From IMG/VR virus record IMGVR_UViG_3300013117_000371: a stretch of 64,000 nucleotides of DNA, one strand, 5' to 3'. This stretch comes from a virus. Below the pieces are notes generated by a model. The model worked only from the letters and a program-made list of their open reading frames with translations, made no database searches and was not told the DNA's origin. Positions within the stretch are counted from its first letter, which is position 1. Every line of letters starts with the position of its first letter. The position numbers and the translations under genes are program-made. Positions 25,106 to 34,832 of this stretch are shown here, piece after piece.

Positions 25106-26230
25106 CTACTCGCCGTCTTCAATACTCAACCAGCGCTTGACCTCTGCCAGGTGCTTCTCCCACCCCTTCTCGTCGCCCTTGAGCGTAAGGAACACCTTGA
25201 ACATCTTCTGGAGGGTGTTGTGGAGGGCCGTAAGGGCGCCAAGCCGCTCGCTGATGATCTCCTCGAACTCCTCGAACGTGTACCTGGGGACCCTCACTCC
25301 GGACAGTATGTTCTTGTCGCAATCGAAGGTGAACTTCCACCGCCGGGGGAATTTATCCACCTCAGCCAGCATAGTCATCTTAGCCGCCACCGGCACTCGC
25401 TGCTCCTTAAGGGCGGTCATTCCTGTCGGGCAAGAGAACGGATCGTCGCACTGAATGGTAATCAACGATTGGTCGTACAAGCTGCCGAACACCGCCTTGT
25501 CTTCAAAGTATACCTCGATACCCACCCCCTCCACCTTGACGAACTCCTGGTCACGCAAGCAGTAGGCCGTCCACAGCAGGAACTGCGACCACCAGGGCCG
25601 GGAGGCCTCCACCTTGCTCGGGAAATCCCCGTCCGGGTCACCTCCTCCCGCCTCGATGAGCTCGTCGGCTTTCCCCTCCCCCAAACAATGCTGCGCTACC
25701 ACGTAGGGGAACGTCTGCACCGGCGAAACCCCCACGATGGGGGCGACCGCTTCAAGAAGTTCGTCCTGGGTCCCCCTCGCCGTGGAAAAGATGTAGAGGC
25801 GGTTGTACAACGTGTCCCACGCCACCTCCACTAACTTGATGACCGGGTAAGAGCCCCGGGCCATCTCGTCAATGACGTCCTCGTAGATGTCTCGCTTGGC
25901 CAATTTGGTCAACGGCCTTTCGTTCTCCCGGGCGGCGGCGGCAATGCGCTTTTGAGCCACCAACTTCGCCTGGGTCCTGCTCACTTTGACCTCGTCAATC
26001 CGGTACAGGAAGACAAGGAACTCCCCCGCCTCCAAGACCAGGTTGTCAGTCCCATGGATGTCGTTGTAGTCCACCCACCCAGCCGAGCGGAGGTTCCCCG
26101 GCCCAGGGCGGACCAGCTCTGCAAACTTGCCTTCCTCCAATAGCTCCCGTACAGTGGTAAGGTTCACTGTTCGGTTGTCCTTCTCCAAGTGGTACGCAAC
26201 GGCTGTCATTGCGCCAGTTCTCAGTCCCAT
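25106..26230 (-). CDS. rdgC: Recombination-associated protein RdgC
   Basis: RSAGWV, FLYRIDEVKV, LYIFST, WKFTFD..LSGVRVP, C-terminal W...VKRW; GAGGAGG SD. Confidence 0.7.
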   Translation of the reverse strand: MGLRTGAMTAVAYHLEKDNRTVNLTTVRELLEEGKFAELVRPGPGNLRSAGWVDYNDIHGTDNLVLEAGEFLVFLYRIDEVKVSRTQAKLVAQKRIAAAARENERPLTKLAKRDIYEDVIDEMARGSYPVIKLVEVAWDTLYNRLYIFSTARGTQDELLEAVAPIVGVSPVQTFPYVVAQHCLGEGKADELIEAGGGDPDGDFPSKVEASRPWWSQFLLWTAYCLRDQEFVKVEGVGIEVYFEDKAVFGSLYDQSLITIQCDDPFSCPTGMTALKEQRVPVAAKMTMLAEVDKFPRRWKFTFDCDKNILSGVRVPRYTFEEFEEIISERLGALTALHNTLQKMFKVFLTLKGDEKGWEKHLAEVKRWLSIEDGE

Positions 26231-26292
26231 ATCTTCCTCCTCGAATTAGGGTTGTTGCCCACTCAAGGGCAGGGTTGGTATGTAGTGCTTGC

Positions 26293-26556
26293 TCATTTAA
26301 ACTCCCTCACTTCGATCAAGTTCCCCTGCCGGTCTACGGTGGCCAAGACTGTACGACTCTCATCACCAGCACCCCAGTCTATGCCGACCATGACGTCGTT
26401 GGTGCGGGCCTTATCGATGTAGCTGCGAACCAGAGCACCCATGGACATATCTCGGCGAGCGGCCTCTTCCTGCAACCAGTGGTATTGCCTACGTGTAAGG
26501 AGGATGGGCAACTGAGCATCTTTCTTGGTCAACGGGGGCCCCTGAATGTAAAACAA
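26293..26556 (-). CDS. Ribbon-helix-helix-like protein with a terminase-like C-terminal motif
   Basis: LPILLTRRQYHWLQEEAARRDMSMGALVRSYID, then VMVGIDWGAGDESRTV. Confidence 0.55.
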   Translation of the reverse strand: MFYIQGPPLTKKDAQLPILLTRRQYHWLQEEAARRDMSMGALVRSYIDKARTNDVMVGIDWGAGDESRTVLATVDRQGNLIEVREFK

Positions 26557-26568
26557 CCTATATAGGAG
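26555..26568. promoter_or_regulatory. Operator-like palindrome
   Basis: AACCTATATAGGAG (core CCTATATAGG) at the +1 region of a TTGACA promoter. Confidence 0.4.
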
Positions 26569-26595
26569 TTATACATCTATTCAGGGGGATGTCAA
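26568..26595 (-). promoter_or_regulatory. sigma70-like promoter
   Basis: TTGACA-N16-TATAAC. Confidence 0.55.
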
Positions 26596-26841
26596 GCACC
26601 TTTTTGCAACTGGGGGTACTTTTTGTAGACAGCGATGCGAACGCGAATCTTTTCTTCGGGGGTGCCGTACTGCGCCACTCGAGAAAGCGCGTTCCTGCCA
26701 TGACGGAGATCATGAATAGGATACCCCTTCTCGGCGGGGAAGACGAAGTTGTCTGCTTTGACCTGCCGTCGGCCCCCTGGCCGTCAACACCTTGGCAGTC
26801 TTCTCCAAGCGCAGGCGCCTGATGAACTCCCTCTCTTTCAT
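26592..26841 (-). pseudogene. Small basic KxA-leader protein (DUF6582-like) split by a +1 frameshift at C5 26773-26777
   Basis: MKEREFIRRLRLEKTAKVLTAR in one frame; GRRQVKADNFVFPAEKGYPIHDLRHGRNALSRVAQYGTPEEK...YKKYP in the next; span 250 nt = 3n+1. Confidence 0.65.
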
Positions 26842-26842
26842 T

Positions 26843-27019
26843 CTATTCCTCCGGCGGCATGGGAATCTCCCCACTGATGAGGCCGCGGATTACAGCAGCG
26901 TAGAGGAGGTGATTCACGGGCCCTCGGCGCCACTCCACCCGGAAGTCCAGCACAACGGTTTCCACGTTGTTCCGGAAAGTGTCCAGCTTGGTGCCTCTTT
27001 CGGTGGTGTAGGTAGCCAT
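26843..27019 (-). CDS. Hypothetical protein (58 aa, below track cutoff)
   Basis: GAGGGAG SD, MATYTTERGTKLDTF... Confidence 0.55.
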   Translation of the reverse strand: MATYTTERGTKLDTFRNNVETVVLDFRVEWRRGPVNHLLYAAVIRGLISGEIPMPPEE

Positions 27020-27073
27020 CGCTCCCTCGCTTCACCCCAGAGTATGCCCTAACTTCAGGCAGTTGTAAAGAAA

Positions 27074-27102
27074 CTCAATTCCCCCCCCAGTCGAGCTATA
27101 AG
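27074..27102 (+). promoter_or_regulatory. Promoter of the TATAAG class
   Basis: CTCAAT-N17-TATAAG. Confidence 0.5.
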
Positions 27103-27140
27103 AGCCACGAAGAGGACCAACAACTTTTACGGAGGAGCAA

Positions 27141-27584
27141 ATGGAGGACCCTACCAATCCCCCCTGCCAACGTTGCAGGGAGCCGGCGGCCTTCCCGGAC
27201 GCCAAAAAGTGCACCCGATGCTGGGAGCTGGAAACCCGTATCGAGCACAGTCCCCAAATCGCTGCCAACATCCTGAACCAGGTGGGCGGCTACATCGTTG
27301 TGGGGCTGCTGCCGTGGACTGACCAAGTACCGGTGGAGCCAGGCAACTGGTGGTTCCACGGGTGGACCCACTACAACATGGCTGGCAGCCACGACCCCTA
27401 CCTGCGCTTCGTGGAAGTGCATTGGGCGGGCAGCGGGCAGCACCGCCATCTCATCTTCGTCAGCGAGGGCGAATTCCTCTACTCGCACCAAGTCGCTGGG
27501 CTGTGGCTCGAAGCGGCCGTGCCGGATGAACCTGACCTTGCCGACGTCATTGCGGGGCTCGCCCCCACCAACAAGGAGGAGTAG
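27141..27584 (+). CDS. Hypothetical protein
   Basis: GGAGGAG SD; CQRC/CTRC N-terminus. Confidence 0.7.
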   Translation: MEDPTNPPCQRCREPAAFPDAKKCTRCWELETRIEHSPQIAANILNQVGGYIVVGLLPWTDQVPVEPGNWWFHGWTHYNMAGSHDPYLRFVEVHWAGSGQHRHLIFVSEGEFLYSHQVAGLWLEAAVPDEPDLADVIAGLAPTNKEE

Positions 27585-27585
27585 A

Positions 27586-27975
27586 ATGAAAGCAGCAACA
27601 CGAGGAAACGTAGCAGCGCTGGTGTTCGGGAGGGGGAAAGTTGTCTCCTTCACCGCCGGCGGCAAGAAGCGGTACGAAATCCAGCCCGGGTATGTTATCG
27701 TCAACGGCGAAATCCGCATGGCGGACGGGACCGAAGCCTTTGCCCTGCTGGAATTCGACGAGCTTTCCAGTGGAGAGCACAGCGGTACAGGAATCTTCAT
27801 CCCGGACAAGGACGTCATCGTCTTCCTGGACGAGGAGGGCTCCCTGGACAAACTGGGGAAGACAACGGCGGAAGTGTTCCCGTACCGGTACCGGTACCAC
27901 GTGCAGCTGAGCTGCTCCGACCACCACGTCGGGGACGACGGTTGGTCGTTAGCCGGGTGGAAGTTAAGGAGGTAG
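27586..27975 (+). CDS. Hypothetical protein
   Basis: SD, adjacent to neighbours. Confidence 0.65.
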   Translation: MKAATRGNVAALVFGRGKVVSFTAGGKKRYEIQPGYVIVNGEIRMADGTEAFALLEFDELSSGEHSGTGIFIPDKDVIVFLDEEGSLDKLGKTTAEVFPYRYRYHVQLSCSDHHVGDDGWSLAGWKLRR

Positions 27976-27976
27976 C

Positions 27977-28372
27977 ATGTTCGAGGTGAAGAGAGCAACC
28001 AAAGAGGAACTGGAAGCATTCCTCAAAGGGACGTTCGGTGACGTCCAATGGACCAGGTACGACAACTTCTGGTGCGCCGTGTCCCCAAAGGACTGGCCGC
28101 CAAACCTGCGCGCCGCCATAGAGACTGAGTTCGACCCCGCCAAGGAGCTGTGCAAGGGGGAAGACTGCCCCGCCTGCACATACCTGAGGGAGCACGGCTT
28201 CTTTGTTATGGCGGTACGGGTAGGTGTTTTCCTCGTCTTCGCTCCGTACCAGGACGACCTGTTCATCGGGAAGCTCGCCGGCCCCGGCGCCGGGAGGGTA
28301 CATGAAGAGCTGCGACAGATGACTGCGGAGGACGTCATGACCAACGCCCCGCCTAAGGCGGAGATGCACTGA
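27977..28372 (+). CDS. Hypothetical protein
   Basis: AGGAGG SD, TGATG coupling to the helicase. Confidence 0.7.
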   Translation: MFEVKRATKEELEAFLKGTFGDVQWTRYDNFWCAVSPKDWPPNLRAAIETEFDPAKELCKGEDCPACTYLREHGFFVMAVRVGVFLVFAPYQDDLFIGKLAGPGAGRVHEELRQMTAEDVMTNAPPKAEMH

Positions 28373-30651
28373 TGAAAGAACCTGAGGAGTACACTGGGAC
28401 CTTCGTCCGGGAAATCTTCCGCCGAGGGGATTTCTGCATAGGCATTGTCAAGCTCTCTCAAGCAGAGGAAGACGGGCCCAACAGCATGAAGATCATTGGC
28501 GAATTCGATCTCGTCCAGGAGGGGGAGCAAATTTCCTTCTCCGGGGAATGGGAGAAGGACCGCCGAGGGGACGGTGACATCTTTCGGGTCCACCTCCTTG
28601 CTCCCGCTCTCCCGCACGACCAGCAGGGGATGATAGAGTTCCTGCAACGGTTCACGGACCAGATCGGCCCTACCCTTGCGGAGCGCATCGTTGAGGCCTT
28701 CGGGTCCGACACCATTGACGTCTTGAATACCGCCCCCCTCCGCCTGCTGGAAGTTGAGGGGGTGGGGGAAGGGCGTGTCACCGCCATTGTCGACGCCTGG
28801 CGGGAGCACCAGTACCTCCACGAGTTGCTGACGTTTCTCTGCCGCATCGGGGTGCCGCCCCGGTTCCTGCGGCGCATCCACGACCGCTGGGGAGAGAAGG
28901 CGCAGGAGATCATCAAAGACAACCCGTACAGCCTCATTGAGCTCGATGGGATCAGTTTCCGCACGGCTGACAAAGCCGGCCTGCGAGCAGGCATCGACCG
29001 GGAGAGCGTCGAACGCATGGCAGCGGCCTGCTGGCACACCCTGAAGACCATCGAAAGGAACGGGCACACCTGCTTCCCCCTGACTGAGTTCGAGGACGAA
29101 GTCTACTCCACCCTCCAAGACGAAGAGGGGCTGGAAGACCTCCCCCTGCGGGGGCTGGAGAGGCTCGTCGAGCAGGGGAAGGTCTCCCTGGTCGAGGACG
29201 AAGAGGAGGGGGAGGCCTTCGTGTACCTCGCCAGGACCTTGGAGAGGGAGCAGTACATCGGGAAACGGTTACGGGCACTCTCCCGAGACCGAGGGCACCC
29301 CCTCCACTTCAACAAAGCCGCTTGGCAAGAAGGGGTGGGTTCCCTTGAACTCTCCAAGGGGCAAGAGCAAGCCTTGCACCTGGCTTTGAACCACCATGCC
29401 CTAATCGTAACCGGCGGGCCAGGAACCGGGAAGACTACCCTGCTGAAGGCCCTCCTGATGGCGTTCGAGAGTGCAGATGTGGAGGTCTTCCTGTGCTCCC
29501 CCACCGGCCGGGCGGCCAAGCGCATGGAGGAGGTCACCGGCCAGCCGGCCATGACCATCCACCGGGCCCTCCACTTCTGCCCCAGCAACCGCAGCAAGAA
29601 GGGGGAGAAGACAGAGAAGGAGGACAACCAACTGCAGGGAGGGTGGGGGCTGAACCGGGATAACCCGCTGCCCCCCGGCGTGGTCATCGTGGATGAAGCG
29701 TCCATGTTGGACAACCACTTGACCTTCCGCATTATGGACGCCCTACCGGAAGACGGGAGCCTCATCTTGATCGGGGACGTCGACCAACTCCCCAGCGTGG
29801 GCAACGGCAACGTGCTCCGGGACATCCTCCTCAGTGGGGTCCTACCCACCATGCGACTAACGGAAGTCTTCCGCCAGGCACAATCCAGCATGATCATTAG
29901 GAACGCCCACCGCATCAACCAGGGAAGAATCCCCCGGAGCAAAGCGGACGAGGGGCGGCTCGACGACTTCCGCTGGGTCAAGTTTGACGACCCGGACGAG
30001 GCCAGAGAGGCCATAGTGAGCCGGATGATCAAGGAGCACCTGTCCGGAGTGTACAAAGGGGGGGTTCAAGTACTGGCCCCTACCTACGCCGGCCCGCTCG
30101 GGGTGGACCTCCTGAACGAGGAGATCCAGAAGCGGCTCAACCCCCACAACCCGGTCTTGCTGGAACAGCACGGCCACAAGATCAAGCTTCGGGACAAGGT
30201 CATCCACACCCGGAACAACTATGACTTGTCCATCTTCAACGGGGACATCGGCGTGGTTGTGCCGGAACCCTCCGACCTCGCCCCCCTGCAATGGGACATC
30301 GACCTGGCCGCCCGCATCAAGGTGCAGCTGCAGTCGAAGAAGGCCCTGGTGTGGGTGGAGTACCCGGACCGCCCCTTCCCGGTCCCCTACTTCGAGGGGG
30401 CTACCGACCAGCTCCGGCTGGCCTACTGCATTACCGTCCACAAGGCCCAAGGGTCGGAGTACGGCTGCGCAGTCATAGCCCTCCACTCCTCCCACAGCAT
30501 CATGCGGGTGCGGAACTTGCTGTACACCGCCGTCACTCGAGGGGCCGAGAGGGTCATCCTGGTAGGGGAGGAGTCCTCCGTCAGGTGGGCTGTCAACAAC
30601 GCCCGAGTATCTCGGCGCTTCACCCTGCTGGACAAGTGGATCACTGCGTAA
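28372..30651 (+). CDS. recD2: RecD2/TraA-like SF1B helicase
   Basis: HhH repeats (IGPTLAERI, VEGVGE), NPYSL..LDGISFRTAD, TGGPGTGKTT, PTGRAAKR, IVDEASM, GDVDQLPSVG, LTEVFRQ, AYCITVHKAQGSEY, LLYTAVTRG. Confidence 0.93.
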   Translation: MKEPEEYTGTFVREIFRRGDFCIGIVKLSQAEEDGPNSMKIIGEFDLVQEGEQISFSGEWEKDRRGDGDIFRVHLLAPALPHDQQGMIEFLQRFTDQIGPTLAERIVEAFGSDTIDVLNTAPLRLLEVEGVGEGRVTAIVDAWREHQYLHELLTFLCRIGVPPRFLRRIHDRWGEKAQEIIKDNPYSLIELDGISFRTADKAGLRAGIDRESVERMAAACWHTLKTIERNGHTCFPLTEFEDEVYSTLQDEEGLEDLPLRGLERLVEQGKVSLVEDEEEGEAFVYLARTLEREQYIGKRLRALSRDRGHPLHFNKAAWQEGVGSLELSKGQEQALHLALNHHALIVTGGPGTGKTTLLKALLMAFESADVEVFLCSPTGRAAKRMEEVTGQPAMTIHRALHFCPSNRSKKGEKTEKEDNQLQGGWGLNRDNPLPPGVVIVDEASMLDNHLTFRIMDALPEDGSLILIGDVDQLPSVGNGNVLRDILLSGVLPTMRLTEVFRQAQSSMIIRNAHRINQGRIPRSKADEGRLDDFRWVKFDDPDEAREAIVSRMIKEHLSGVYKGGVQVLAPTYAGPLGVDLLNEEIQKRLNPHNPVLLEQHGHKIKLRDKVIHTRNNYDLSIFNGDIGVVVPEPSDLAPLQWDIDLAARIKVQLQSKKALVWVEYPDRPFPVPYFEGATDQLRLAYCITVHKAQGSEYGCAVIALHSSHSIMRVRNLLYTAVTRGAERVILVGEESSVRWAVNNARVSRRFTLLDKWITA

Positions 30652-30737
30652 TCTCTGCCTTTTCCTGTCATAAGAACAGTGACAGGGTGTACCTGTCCAC
30701 CAAGCCGGGGGACACTCGGCGAAGGAGGGAATATAGA

Positions 30738-30905
30738 ATGGGTTGTGCAGAGAGTTACACAAGGAGCTCGGGGGAGTTGTGCTGCTCCATCAAGGAGCAA
30801 GACGTGGGTGGCTTCCCCGCCCCGCCCGATGAGGATTGCTTGTGCACTGGAAACTGCCGGTTCTTCCTCCTCGAGGAGGACCCGGAAGACTCGGAAGAGG
30901 AGTAG
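30738..30905 (+). CDS. Small Cys-rich acidic protein (55 aa)
   Basis: AGGAGG SD; CC...CLCTGNC. Confidence 0.5.
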   Translation: MGCAESYTRSSGELCCSIKEQDVGGFPAPPDEDCLCTGNCRFFLLEEDPEDSEEE

Positions 30906-30974
30906 TTGGTCCACCCCCGCCCGTAGTTGGCCCGGCCAGCTGCGAGCGGGGGTAGTCCGCTGTCGACCTTCCCT

Positions 30975-31289
30975 TTAGCGTCGACGCTTGGGCGAACCAC
31001 TACGCCTATGGCGAGTCTTGGCTTGTGCCTGCGCTCTCCTGAGGGCAAACCTGTGGAAGAGGAGGGCGGTAAGAGGGCCAGCGCTTTTCTCCATCCCCTC
31101 CAGGGCCGCTACGGCCCCCGCAGCCCCGGCGTTCTTGCTGATGGTCTCTACAGGATCTGACTTTGTCTTCTTGGCCGGGAGCTTCTTGATGCTTTGCCCT
31201 TTAGCCTTCATTTCGTCGGCCCACTTCCGCGCAAGTCGAGGTTTCCTGGCGAACAGGAACCTTTGCTGGGCACGGCTCTCAAATGGCAT
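30975..31289 (-). CDS. Small basic putative virion protein (MPFESRAQQRFLFA..., EKSA motif)
   Basis: The MPFxSxAQxRFLFA start is typical of small phage head-region proteins; very basic. Confidence 0.65.
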   Translation of the reverse strand: MPFESRAQQRFLFARKPRLARKWADEMKAKGQSIKKLPAKKTKSDPVETISKNAGAAGAVAALEGMEKSAGPLTALLFHRFALRRAQAQAKTRHRRSGSPKRRR

Positions 31290-31291
31290 AG

Positions 31292-31612
31292 CTACCTCGC
31301 TATTCTCCCTATTCCCTTGGCTGCCAACCCTCCCAGCTCACCACCGCCATAGCCCAGCATACCCCCCAACACAGTGGCCAACGGGGAGAGTTTACGGGCT
31401 ACTCGCGTACGCCGGAAGATGCTTCCAGTGCGCTTGGCTACCAGCCGAGGATTCAGCAACGCCGCCAGGGCTGCGCCGGTACTTACATTTACTGCTGTGG
31501 CATGCTTGGCTCCGTGCCCCCGCTTGTACCCAACTACAGCGGGGATGATGAATGACAGGCCGGCTTCCTTGGCCAAGGCGTCTGCAACTCCAAGGGCGAA
31601 GTGCTCGTCCAT
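31292..31612 (-). CDS. KxA-leader glycine-zipper protein
   Basis: MDEHFALGVADALAKEA leader; GGMLGYGGGELGGLA tail. Confidence 0.7.
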   Translation of the reverse strand: MDEHFALGVADALAKEAGLSFIIPAVVGYKRGHGAKHATAVNVSTGAALAALLNPRLVAKRTGSIFRRTRVARKLSPLATVLGGMLGYGGGELGGLAAKGIGRIAR

Positions 31613-31629
31613 CCTACCTCCAGAGGGGA

Positions 31630-31658
31630 AGTGTACCATTATCTTCGCGGACGGTCCA
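31630..31658 (-). promoter_or_regulatory. Promoter with TGGAC -35 box
   Basis: TGGACC-N17-TACACT. Confidence 0.5.
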
Positions 31659-31747
31659 GAAAAGGCTGCTTCTTAAAAAAGGAACGGATCAGGAGGCACA
31701 CCAACTGTATGGCCGCTTTGACCTCACGAACAAGGGATATGCGCCGT

Positions 31748-31987
31748 TTATGCACCTGCCCTGTCCTCAACCCAAGCACTGAAGGAGTCTTCAGGAATGT
31801 CTAAGTAACTATTGAGGGGGGCGGGAGCTACCGCCCGATGCCACAACTCCGTGATGTTGACCTCAAGTAGATCGACCCGGCGCCTTGTGCTGCTCAGCTG
31901 CTCCTCCAAGAGCTCTTTGTGCTGCCTCAACTGAGCAACTTGCTCCCTCAAGGCCCGAACTACTTCTAAGGGATCTCCCCCACACAT
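31748..31987 (-). CDS. Small coiled-coil protein
   Basis: AGGAGGG SD; heptad pattern. Confidence 0.6.
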   Translation of the reverse strand: MCGGDPLEVVRALREQVAQLRQHKELLEEQLSSTRRRVDLLEVNITELWHRAVAPAPLNSYLDIPEDSFSAWVEDRAGA

Positions 31988-32007
31988 GACGCTGCCCTCC
32001 TGGTTAC

Positions 32008-32035
32008 AGGATAGCAACCTGTATAGGTTTGTCAA
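32008..32035 (-). promoter_or_regulatory. sigma70-like promoter with a palindromic operator in its spacer
   Basis: TTGACA-N16-TATCCT; AACCTGTATAGGTT at 32016-32029. Confidence 0.5.
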
Positions 32036-32103
32036 GATTACTCGACTTTTCTGCTGAGGGAGCTCTCCTCCTCAGGGATGTACTTGGCCCAAGAGGCCCA
32101 GCA

Positions 32104-33909
32104 CTACAACTCTTTGGGGTACTCGTACTCCCACTCCCCCCGCATAATGTTCCACGTACGGGAGATGTACTTGTGCGGCCGAGTCAACAACCACATCTCC
32201 GGAGTGGGGTCCTCCCCCGGCTTCAGGGGGTGGGCGCCGGACAAAGAGATCCGCACGCCCTCATTGGTAAAGTGCTTTGCTTTAGCCACGTTGTACACCC
32301 ACTCATCCGTAGTGTGGTGGGCAGTCCTCCCACTGCGCAGCTTCCGCCAGGCTTTCACCAGGAAGCCGGGGTTGGGCTCCACCGAGACATACCGCTTCAC
32401 GATCACTCGACGGTCCTCCGGAGCGAACTGGGCCTGCCCCTCCAAACGGCGTACCCGGGCTTGGGCCTGACGGATGATCTCGGGGTTGAAGTGCCCCTCC
32501 ATGGCCTGAAACATGTTGGCGTTCTTGAGGTCCAACCCTTCAGCCCCTGCGCCTGAAAGCACCAATACTCGAGTCTTGCCTGCTTTGAAGTCCTTGACCG
32601 CTTGTTGGCGCCCTTCTTTGCTGATTTCGTGCTCCCCAACCTCCCGGCCGGCGCCGATAAAAATGGAGTGGGGTATCCCCCGCTGCGTCAACGCATAGTG
32701 GACTGCCTCCACACCCCCCTTGATGAAGTTGGAATAGATGACCGTCTTGTTGCGGGGGTCTGCCGCCAAATGTTCCTCGGCATCACTTGCTACTCGCTCG
32801 AGCTTGGTGGAGGTCTCCAGCATCTTGTCGTTCAGCCCAAAACGATTCTGCGTGGACTGCGCTGCCTGGCGGGCCTTGGTTACCCGAGCGAAGACGTGGT
32901 GCCGTTCCTTCCTCTTTGGGACAATGCCGGCAATGATTCGCCGAACAATGGACGACGGAACTCCCCGGAGTTCCTCCTGGTAAAAATCCCACTGCTGGGA
33001 GGACATCTCCACCGGAATATACTCCGTAGTCACAGGGGGCAGGGACTTCCCCAGGTCCTCAGTGGAGACGAAGTCTATCCACTGCTCTCCCAACTTCATA
33101 AGGGTCTCGGGTTCAGTGACCGCCTTTTGCCCCCGCTCCCGGCCAAACAGCCCCTCAAACGTCCCCACCTGGGTAGTCACCTGTCGAGACAACCGCCCCT
33201 TGGCCGAAATCTCCCCGTCCGACACCGCCGACAATAGCGGCATCATGTCGTTGGGGGTGTTGGAAACTATCGAGCCAGTCAACAGGAGGCAATGGGGCAC
33301 CCCCCTCCGCAGCTCCATGAAGGAGCGAAAGTTCTGGGAGTTTGGGTCCTTCATCCTCTGAGCTTCGTCCGCTATCACCAAGCCCGGGGACAGGGCACTC
33401 AGTGCCGCCGCATGACGGCGGACCATGGCCCACCCCAACACGATGTAGTCAGGGAGGTTGTTCTGCACTTGGAGTTTCTTCAGGAAGGCAACGTCCTTCC
33501 CGGTCTGGATAACGAAGCCGTCTCGGTTGGTGAACTTCTCAATGCCCTGCTCATCAAACTGGGTCTTCAGCCCATCGGGGGTGATCACTACGATCGGCCC
33601 CCCACCTTGCTTCAGCACGTCCTCAGCAAGAGCTACCGACACAAAGGACTTCCCCGTGCCCACGCCATGGGCAAGGATGAGGCGGCCCCCATTCCGCCGG
33701 GCTTTCTCCAGCGCCCGCTTCTGGTGAGGGTAGGGAGTGAACCCCACCCGCAACCCTGGCCGCGAGGGGCGCCCCTCCGCCCACTTCGGGTGGGCCTGGC
33801 GAGCCTCGGCTAACTTCCCCAAGCCAGGGTGGTCGAGTATGCTGTTGAGTACTGAAGAAGCCACTGAGCGCACCTCCCGGGGCCATTCTACAGCCCCTAC
33901 CTGGCACAT
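32104..33909 (-). CDS. SNF2-like SF2 helicase
   Basis: PYPHQ, AHGVGTGKS, ADEAQRMK, LLTGS, VIYSNF, SGAGAEGLDL, HFNP..I.QA.AR..R. Confidence 0.9.
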   Translation of the reverse strand: MCQVGAVEWPREVRSVASSVLNSILDHPGLGKLAEARQAHPKWAEGRPSRPGLRVGFTPYPHQKRALEKARRNGGRLILAHGVGTGKSFVSVALAEDVLKQGGGPIVVITPDGLKTQFDEQGIEKFTNRDGFVIQTGKDVAFLKKLQVQNNLPDYIVLGWAMVRRHAAALSALSPGLVIADEAQRMKDPNSQNFRSFMELRRGVPHCLLLTGSIVSNTPNDMMPLLSAVSDGEISAKGRLSRQVTTQVGTFEGLFGRERGQKAVTEPETLMKLGEQWIDFVSTEDLGKSLPPVTTEYIPVEMSSQQWDFYQEELRGVPSSIVRRIIAGIVPKRKERHHVFARVTKARQAAQSTQNRFGLNDKMLETSTKLERVASDAEEHLAADPRNKTVIYSNFIKGGVEAVHYALTQRGIPHSIFIGAGREVGEHEISKEGRQQAVKDFKAGKTRVLVLSGAGAEGLDLKNANMFQAMEGHFNPEIIRQAQARVRRLEGQAQFAPEDRRVIVKRYVSVEPNPGFLVKAWRKLRSGRTAHHTTDEWVYNVAKAKHFTNEGVRISLSGAHPLKPGEDPTPEMWLLTRPHKYISRTWNIMRGEWEYEYPKEL

Positions 33910-33916
33910 GCAAGGA

Positions 33917-34378
33917 TCAGGGAACCCAATCAGTACGGGCGTCGACGTCGAAGTCGGGGTACGCCCAGGAAACAGCGAGGTCGGCAGCGAAGGTGACCTT
34001 CTCCATCCCCGTATGCGTAGCGGAAGCTATCTCAACCAACCGAGCGTAGGGGAAGAACAAGCCTTCTTTGTAGTCAGGAGTACTTATGGCGGGGATCTTA
34101 CCGTGCATCTCCACCCCGTCCCCGAACGGCACCCGCAGGTGCAATAACAAGCGCCCCTCGGAGAACTCGTAGTCCAGGCGGTCGTACGTGGCCGGCTCTA
34201 TCCCCATCGCCGCTTTAATGACCGGGCCAGGGTCAATGTCCTCCTGGAAGTGGCTGAGCGCCAGCTTCCTCCGGAGCTGCAACGGCAGCAGCTCATCCCC
34301 CACCAGCTTGATGACGGCCTCGTAACTCCTGATAAGCCGCACCAGCACCCGGACGTGGTCGGTAGTAACGACAAACAT
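33917..34378 (-). CDS. Hypothetical protein
   Basis: TGATG coupling. Confidence 0.65.
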   Translation of the reverse strand: MFVVTTDHVRVLVRLIRSYEAVIKLVGDELLPLQLRRKLALSHFQEDIDPGPVIKAAMGIEPATYDRLDYEFSEGRLLLHLRVPFGDGVEMHGKIPAISTPDYKEGLFFPYARLVEIASATHTGMEKVTFAADLAVSWAYPDFDVDARTDWVP

Positions 34379-34662
34379 CAGCCGCCCTTCCGCCGGCGCT
34401 CGATCTCCTCTCCCACTTCCCGAGCGGCGGTCAGCGCCGCTTCCTGCCGCTCCCTCGCCGACGTACAAGCCAACCCCTCAGCCTGTGCCGCCATGAACAG
34501 GAATCCCATCGGCTGGTAATCGCCGGCAGCAACGCACTTCCCCGTCCTGATGTCCTGCACGTACACTGCCTTGCCCGAATCGTACTTCGTAAAACCGGGG
34601 GCGATGGGCACCCACTTGTGCTCTGGAATCATTCCGGGGTCAGCTACAATTGATAAATCCAT
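34378..34662 (-). CDS. Hypothetical protein
   Basis: SD, coupled. Confidence 0.6.
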   Translation of the reverse strand: MDLSIVADPGMIPEHKWVPIAPGFTKYDSGKAVYVQDIRTGKCVAAGDYQPMGFLFMAAQAEGLACTSARERQEAALTAAREVGEEIERRRKGG

Positions 34663-34832
34663 CCCACTCTCCTATTTTTTACGGTTGAGGCAGCGACAAA
34701 CAACAACACCACCAAGAGCCCTACTGAGAGCAACAACCAACCCGAAACCGCCCAAGCCCAAACCTCTTCCCAGGCCTCGCTACACGAGGGGGGGAGCTCC
34801 ATCCCAAGCATTTTGCTGAGCTGCGTAATCAT
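34644..34832 (-). CDS. Small membrane protein
   Basis: One TM helix. Confidence 0.45.
   Translation of the reverse strand: MITQLSKMLGMELPPSCSEAWEEVWAWAVSGWLLLSVGLLVVLLFVAASTVKNRRVGWIYQL

Noticed and set aside
27964-30056. Long minus-strand ORFs of 384 and 317 aa
   Set aside because: Antisense shadows of the RecD2 helicase.
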